A stretch of DNA of 63,572 nt, filler included, from Aduncisulcus paluster (Eukaryota), in the NCBI GenBank assembly GCA_024181965.1. It is 11 parts of 11 records of this genome, joined end to end, with 100 filler letters (N's around TTAATTAATTAA, not from the genome) between each part and the next. Parts side by side here need not be neighbours in the genome. Positions count along the whole stretch, not along the records: positions 57,363 to 63,572 come from BQXS01011935.1; 10 more parts are not named here. The stretch is one strand, 5' to 3'. A program made the position numbers and the translations under genes. Shown here piece after piece: positions 57,263-63,572 of this stretch (the stretch's first letter is position 1; each line of letters starts with the position of its first letter). The notes beneath the pieces were generated by a model. It was not told the DNA's origin. It worked only from the letters and a program-made list of their open reading frames with translations, and searched no databases.

Positions 57263-57362
57263 NNNNNNNNNNNNNNNNNNNNNNNNNNNNNNNNNNNNNN
57301 NNNNNNTTAATTAATTAANNNNNNNNNNNNNNNNNNNNNNNNNNNNNNNNNNNNNNNNNNNN

Positions 57363-59370
57363 AAAGAAGAAAAGACTATAGAAAAGACTGTAGAAAAGGG
57401 GAAAGGAAGAAGAACTAGAAGGAGTTTGAGTGAAGATCGTCGCCAAGTAATCTCTCTCCTCCTCTCTCTTGTTTCTCAGACCCGTGTTGCGTGTGCTCAC
57501 ATTTCTCTTAGTGCTTTGATGTCTCCATATCTTCCCATTGGAATGTATATATTTAAATCACTCAAACTATCCCATTTCATGCATGTATCTGTGTCTCCCC
57601 ACACTTCTTTCCTAGACACTCTATTCCACGCTATTCCTGCACATGCCCTTCAGATCTCCTCTGCTACAAGAGATCTCAGAAGTACCGTTGCATCTGCTGT
57701 TATTCATCACACTGCTGAAGGTGGAATGGAGCATGGTATATTCCAGGGAGTGCGTCAAGGGGTATGGTTGCATGAAAGAGTCAAGAGAGAAGGTGCCATT
57801 TCCTTGGCTGTGAGTGTTCAGGGTATTATCACATGTGTTGAACAATCGTGGGAGAAGTTATCTGGAAGGATTGGCATTGAAAAGGTACATTCAAGAGATG
57901 ATGGTTATAAAAAGGATATTAGAGAGATCTCTAAGAGAGAAGGGCTCAAGGGATGGGAAGATATCATTGGTAAGATAACTGAAGTATGGGATAAATATGC
58001 TATGAGTGAAATGAAAGATCATGATTTATTATCTGAAAAAGATACCATTTCCTCCTCTCTCTCTTCTCTCTCTTCCGTTCCTCATTCACATTTATCTGCA
58101 TTCATTCAAAATGTCATAGATAATCTCTCCTTATATAGCCAATATTCTGTCAGTATATCTCCTTTCAAAAGATGGTATGCAGCGGGAAAGGATATCAAAC
58201 TGAAAGATCTCAAACTGAAAGACAGAGAAGAAGACAAAAAGGAAGAGATATGTGATTCTCTACTTCCTGTATTCTTGGAATCTTCAGATACAGTATTCTT
58301 AAGGGATTCCTTAAGTCTGCCAAGGCTTGTACATGAACCAATATCTTCCTATAAACTGGTAAACGATGGTGTCTCACCCCTTTCAGTCTCTTCCTCTCGT
58401 TGGAGTCACTCTTGCATAAGGTCAGTGACTGCAAGATCTGTTCGTGAGTCTTTGGTCGTCGATAACAAACAATTGCACCAACATGCAGTTTCTAAGCTAC
58501 CTTCTCAAGATACAATCGGTATTCTATATTTAGATATGTTATTCAGAGCTATTACGAGTTCTTTCTCAACTGATATTTCTGGAGACCATGATAAACACGA
58601 CTCTCAAAATTTGTTCTCAAAAGACCATTTTGCATCTGAAGAGTCTGAAGAATACCAATTACATTGCACCACAAGGCTCTTATCTTCTTTATATTCCCAA
58701 TTAGATGCTTTGGACCCAATTGACCAGGCTTCTCATTGGTATTCCTCTTCTCCCTTCTTCTTCTTCTTCTGTAACGAATGTATCATTTGTGAGCTATCAG
58801 AAGGTTTTCTTCCATGAACTGGACACTCTTTCTCTTTATATAGGGAGCTGTGCAAGAGCAGCCAATGGAAGAGTTGGTAATCACGATGGTAGTGTTAATC
58901 GAGACCGTTTGAAGATGGTTTTGAAACATCTTCTTGAAATCGAATTTCATGAATCATTACGTCGCATTGTGCACGCAATTAGGCATAAATTATGTCTACC
59001 CCATTTGATTACGTCGTTGTCAGCCTTTGTTCTTTCTACTTTCTCACTTTGTTCAGCTTTAATGAGCCTAAAGAAACAAAGGTCAAGTCGCAAGAAAAAG
59101 GGGAAAAGTGGAGTTTCATTGTCTTCAGAAGCTCGTGAATTGGCTGTTTATTTAACCATGATTGCTGTCCCATTGATTTCTCGAATGGAGGAATTGATTA
59201 TTGTGAAGGAACAGGATGAAAAGAAAATATGGGCTGAATTATCAGTAGATCTGTCGATTGATGATAAAATAACAAAAGAATTACCATTCCATGGTTCAAG
59301 ATTAGAGTATTTCACCCATTTATCCGATTTGCTCAAATTCTCCATCGTTGGACTTCAATTCGTTCCTTAG
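57363..59370 (+). CDS. Large helical protein, 5'-truncated, with a 1-nt frameshift near 58752; weak COG1-like C-terminal motif
   Basis: Overlapping ORFs 57426-58817 and 58705-59370 join if one C of TCCC is removed (HWYSSSPSSSSSVTNVSF). LDPID resembles the COG1 DP(I/F)D motif. Confidence 0.55.
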
Positions 59371-59560
59371 TGAAAAGTTTTCACTGAAAACTCTCAATAA
59401 AAACAGTTCAAAATAAAAATAAATTAAATTTTGTATGCATTTTTAATCATTTTCAAGCAATATATTTCCTTAATTCTATTTTCTAATGGGTTGAAAGCGA
59501 TTTCAAAATCAATCAAAATCATTTTTGATATTTGGCAGGAAAGGATAAAGATCTCAGAAA

Positions 59561-60524
59561 ATGGAAGGCAAAACCCCAAAGATATATATTGTGCCTTTAA
59601 TTAAAGGCCTTTTATTACTTGTTTTATCCTTTTTTTCCCTCCAAGGAATCTATTGGAATGTTGGAGTGCTGTCATATCGTTATTTATGCACCTATATGTG
59701 GATTCATCACTTTATCGCATCAATATTTCTTATTTGTCAAGCATTTCCAGGGTTTCCACTCCCACATTCATATTCTTATNNNNNNNNNNNNNNNNNNNNG
59801 GAAAGGATAAAGATCTCAGAAAATGGAAGGCAAAACCCCAAAGATATATATTGTGCCTTTAATTAAAGGCCTTTTATTACTTGTTTTATCCTTTTTTTCC
59901 CTCCAAGGAATCTATTGGAATGTTGGAGTGCTGTCATATCGTTATTTATGCACCTATATGTGGATTCATCACTTTATCGCATCAATATTTCTTATTTGTC
60001 AAGCATTTCCAGGGTTTCCACTCCCACATTCATATTCTTATCAAAATCATTCATATTCTCATTCAATATTTGCTTATAATTTGCTAATTATCTCATCAAT
60101 ATTATCTCTTGGTATTTCTCTTCATTGTAGTGTCGGAGTTCTTAGATTTTGGCCTGGACGCTTCGATTGGGAACATTTTTTCGTCCACTACCTCCCACCT
60201 TGCATATCTTCCTATAGACTTTATAGAAGAGTTAAATATTGCAGAATTAAAGGAGATAGCAACCAACAAAACCCAGTTTTATCATCTATTTTCGGATGTT
60301 CAAATCCTTTAGTTCGTGTGATCTTTACAATTATCGGTCAAGTTGTTTACTGTTCAATTTTACCAGATTTTGCTGCTACTTATGAAATAGATGTTCCCAA
60401 GGATGAATTCTTCCCCTTTTTCTGTGTCCTTCAATTGCCTATCGTTGGTTTGGTTGAACTGCTATTTCACTCAGGCTTATCCAAGAATACAGCCCAGAAA
60501 AAGGAACTTTTGGAAACAAAATAA
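59561..60524 (+). CDS. Multi-pass membrane hypothetical protein (233 aa; complete copy at 59823-60524)
   Basis: Several hydrophobic helices; 59537-59779 is duplicated across the 20-N gap. Confidence 0.75.
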
Positions 60525-60716
60525 TTGTTTAAGTGGCCAAGATTATAAAAAAATGTTAATTTTATGACGGTAATAAAATAAAAATAATTTGGGAAAATCG
60601 TACAATGGTTAGATCAATGAAATACAAATAGACCAATTTTGTTTTTAAGCTCATGACTAAATGATTTAATAAAACGATATATTTGACATTTAATTTGAAT
60701 ATAAGTGTGATATTAA

Positions 60717-63572
60717 CTATAGCATGGAAATATCGTCAAGAAACTTGATAAATAGATACGTTTCAAATATTACAAGAATTACACACAAAATAAACAAAAT
60801 AAACTGATATAATCGGGTTTTTTGATTATTTTGTCGAAATTTCGACGAATTTGACCTGTTTGACTTCCAATATACAGACGCAAAGCTTTGATTTCCAGCT
60901 GAATACACAAACTCAAATTCATCTTTATGATCTTCTTTCAACCAATTCTTACATTCCTCAACAACAAAATCTCTATACCACTCATACAATAAAGGAGCTT
61001 CTTTCTTTATAATCTTCTCACCTAGAGACTGACCATAAACAGCCAATATTTGAGGAACACGAACAATTATCTCTGCTGGCCAATCATTCTCTTTGTAACC
61101 AAAGACAGCCCCAATAATCGTATCTTCGTACTTCTCTTCTGCTTCCCAAATCGCATCTTTTAATTTTTCTACTTCTGGAGTAGATTCACCTGATCGAAAT
61201 GGAAACATCTCATTTTTGTATATACATTGCATTGCTATATGAGTAAGCTCATGAGCAATTGTTCCACGCATATTCTTGACAGAATCAATTCGAATTTTTG
61301 TCGGATACGGATCAATTGTAGCCTGTCCAGCAATCATCACGGGGTAGACAGGGTCTATAGAATCTCCATAATAAGCAGTTCCCAAAGAGTGCTGCTTATT
61401 TTTTTCTCCAGAAATTTCAGCAACATCTTTATCAAAATCTACAACAATCATCGACGGCCCATCAGCAGCTCTGAGTACTTTAAATATCATTTGTATCCAT
61501 TCAATCTTATTCAACTCATGATAAGCTTTTTTCACATCGTCACGGTGCTTCTTATCCTTTTGTACAATAACAGTCTTAGAGTATATATACTCATCAGGAG
61601 GTTGAGAAAGCCTTGCTCTCTTGTGTAAAGCCATTTGTATATTTTCTGCCTTTTTTTCCTCAAGATCATAAGGTTCGTGTCGTAAAAAACCATGAGATTT
61701 CAAAATAGCATACAAATCATATTGCTTTGCTTGTAAAGCAACATAAAGAGCCGAACGATTCTCAAGTGATCTCCATGTTGGTAAGATTTCTTTGGATTTA
61801 ATTCTCTTCTCAATCTCAATAATATCACCGCTTTTCATAAGCTTCGTGCATTCTTCAATGGGATCCGTTATAGTTTCATGACAATCACACAGTTCCAATC
61901 CAACAGGCCATTCATGCTTTACAGATACCAATAATTTCGCACATTCAATACTTTTCTGTCTTGACAAAGTTCTGGCTGCCGGAGTTTCAGAATATTCAGA
62001 TTCTTCTTTTTCTCTGAATATTCTGGTTAAAGCTCTCGCTAAAGGAGTTTCACCACAAATTACTTCACAGATATACTTATAAAGATCGGACAGATACGCC
62101 AATTTTTTTTTCTTTGATGGTTTTGATATTTTTGATTCGTAGTTTTTACCGAATAATATAATACCCATTGATATATCATCATCTAAATAAGGATTACAGA
62201 AATGATCTGCCCCAAAACTCAATAGATACTTGACTATCTCAGGTTTATCGTGCTCAACAGCCAAATCAATAAGTCCCCACTTTGAATTCATACAGTCCCA
62301 AATAAAATCAATTACATAATCACGAAATTCGTCAATTTTATCAGGTATATCAGGGTGATTATGTTGAAGACCGCATAAATTAGCAATAACTCTGCGCTCG
62401 ATAAATTTATGCTTTTCCATTTCCCCAAATGCTATCAAACTCTGCCACTGCTTCTCCAGAAATTCTTTCTTTTCACGATCAAAAATCCACGAGGAAATCT
62501 TGTATTCTTTGATGAAATTTTTCATTTTTCCAAATGCTATCAAACTCAGCTCCTGCTTCTCCAGCATTTTTTCCTTTTCACTATCAGAAATCCACGAGGA
62601 AATCTTGTATTCTTTGATGAATTCTTCCATACCTTTTGGCTGAGGATCACGAACTGGCAGTTTCAAGAGTCCAGCAATAATTTCAGGTGAATCATGTAGA
62701 CTCATAATAGCAATTTCAATAATGGGATTGAGTGATCCATCCTTATAATCTGGATAATTAGGATGCCGAACAAGTTCACGAAGCACCAATACATCGCCAT
62801 ATTGAGCAGCATAGTAAAGTAGTCGCTCCCAATCATACACAATGGGAAATGCACAAATGGCAAAGGTTAAATATTGAACACAAATCATGACAGTATTTTG
62901 ATTGATATTCAATTGAAAACTCTGGCAAAATATGAGGAGATTCAGGTTCAATATCCCTAGAAAAATCAACAGCAGCAATATTCTTTGAGATCATTCCACG
63001 ATAGAGCAGATCGAGACCAAACTGTTTTGAATCCTGAAGTTTTGATTCAAAAGGAAATTCGCCAGCCATATCTTCAACTACAACTTTGTGATAATCAAAC
63101 ACTTGAATCTCTGGGTTCAGATTAGATTTATGAATAACTATTCCTCTTGGTAACTCGATTAACAACACTCTATCATCTTTGAGATCCTTCTTAAACACTT
63201 CTGTAATATGATCAACAAGGTGTTTATCATTCTCACCTTCAATATGATCAACTGGAAGATCATATTCAACTGAATGAGCTATGATATGGATACGATAAAA
63301 CTGTTTCGAAGAATTGATTGCTTCAACGAGAAATGAATCGAATAGGTTTGTTGCAAAAGCTGGATCAAAGACATGAGTATGAATGACAATACTCTCCTTG
63401 TTAACATTTCTTTTATCTTGAATACATTTACGGAGTATTTCGCTGGTAACAATTTCACGAGTATCAAAGACAACTGAATGAGAATATGGATCAGTATACT
63501 TTTCTTCAACGAAATCAAGGGAAATGATCGGAAAACGAAGATCATTTTCATCATTCCAGTTATTTTTCCCTC
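60717..63572 (-). CDS. Ankyrin-repeat plus HExxH (zincin-like) protein with C-terminal TM; 5'-truncated; frameshift around 62833-62978
   Basis: Ankyrins LLYYAAQYGD, LAVEHDKPEIVKYLLSFGAD and SALYVALQAKQY; GTIAHELTHIAM followed by AEIIVRVP. The upstream frame (62833 to the window end) was hand-checked as stop-free. Confidence 0.75.

Noticed and set aside
14583..57362. Repeated TTAATTAATTAA motif within N runs, and apparent gene neighbourhoods across them
   Set aside because: Artificial six-frame-stop linkers; adjacency across them has no biological meaning.
5219..60041. Direct duplications of about 160-390 nt around the gaps at 5609, 21866, 31084, 47678 and 59780, which look like internal protein repeats or LTRs
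   Set aside because: Each pair flanks a 20-N gap and is essentially identical, so these are unmerged contig overlaps.
62748..62845. Intron (GTATGA...CCTAATTATCCAG) as an explanation of the ankyrin-gene frame change
   Set aside because: The GTATGA donor gives the wrong phase, and splicing would delete a good ankyrin repeat; a frameshift is more parsimonious.
1..63572. Non-standard genetic code (TAA/TAG = Gln as in hexamitid diplomonads) or selenocysteine readthrough
   Set aside because: Conserved genes end at TAA or TGA where expected (RPS11, FKBP, URM1), the SLC44 and SPFH ORFs end at TAG, and long ORFs have no internal stops.

Overview
This is eukaryotic, gene-dense, intron-poor, AT-rich protist DNA in the standard genetic code. 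The gene content and expanded lineage-specific families suggest a free-living fornicate or other metamonad such as Aduncisulcus; that assignment is inference, not verified. The window is not one molecule. It is 11 contig pieces joined by ten artificial 100-nt N-TTAATTAATTAA-N linkers. It also has five 20-N scaffold gaps, each flanked by a duplicated overlap. Recognisable genes: RPS11, an SPFH/stomatin protein, epsilon-COP, FAM13-like, BBOF1-like, an RRM protein, URM1, nucleoplasmin-FKBP, nitroreductase, tRNase Z, SLC44/CTL, TRAPPC5, GRAM-VASt-TM, an LRR+EGF surface protein, ARMC8-like, TEX264/GyrI-like, a vWA protein, an IS630/Tc1 transposase (DD40E spacing), three members of a 'SIPFPSPSPMKGAY' repeat family and an ankyrin+HExxH protein. 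Six short GTANGT..TAG introns were reconstructed by hand. The most striking unexplained signal is in intergenic DNA. On several independent contigs there are back-to-back arrays of short perfect inverted repeats with unrelated arm sequences, almost always centred on a single unpaired C or G (16776-16841, 17804-17967, 33261-33378, 47246-47291, 54606-54631). There are also overlapping X-X'-X versions, two of which start on stop codons.
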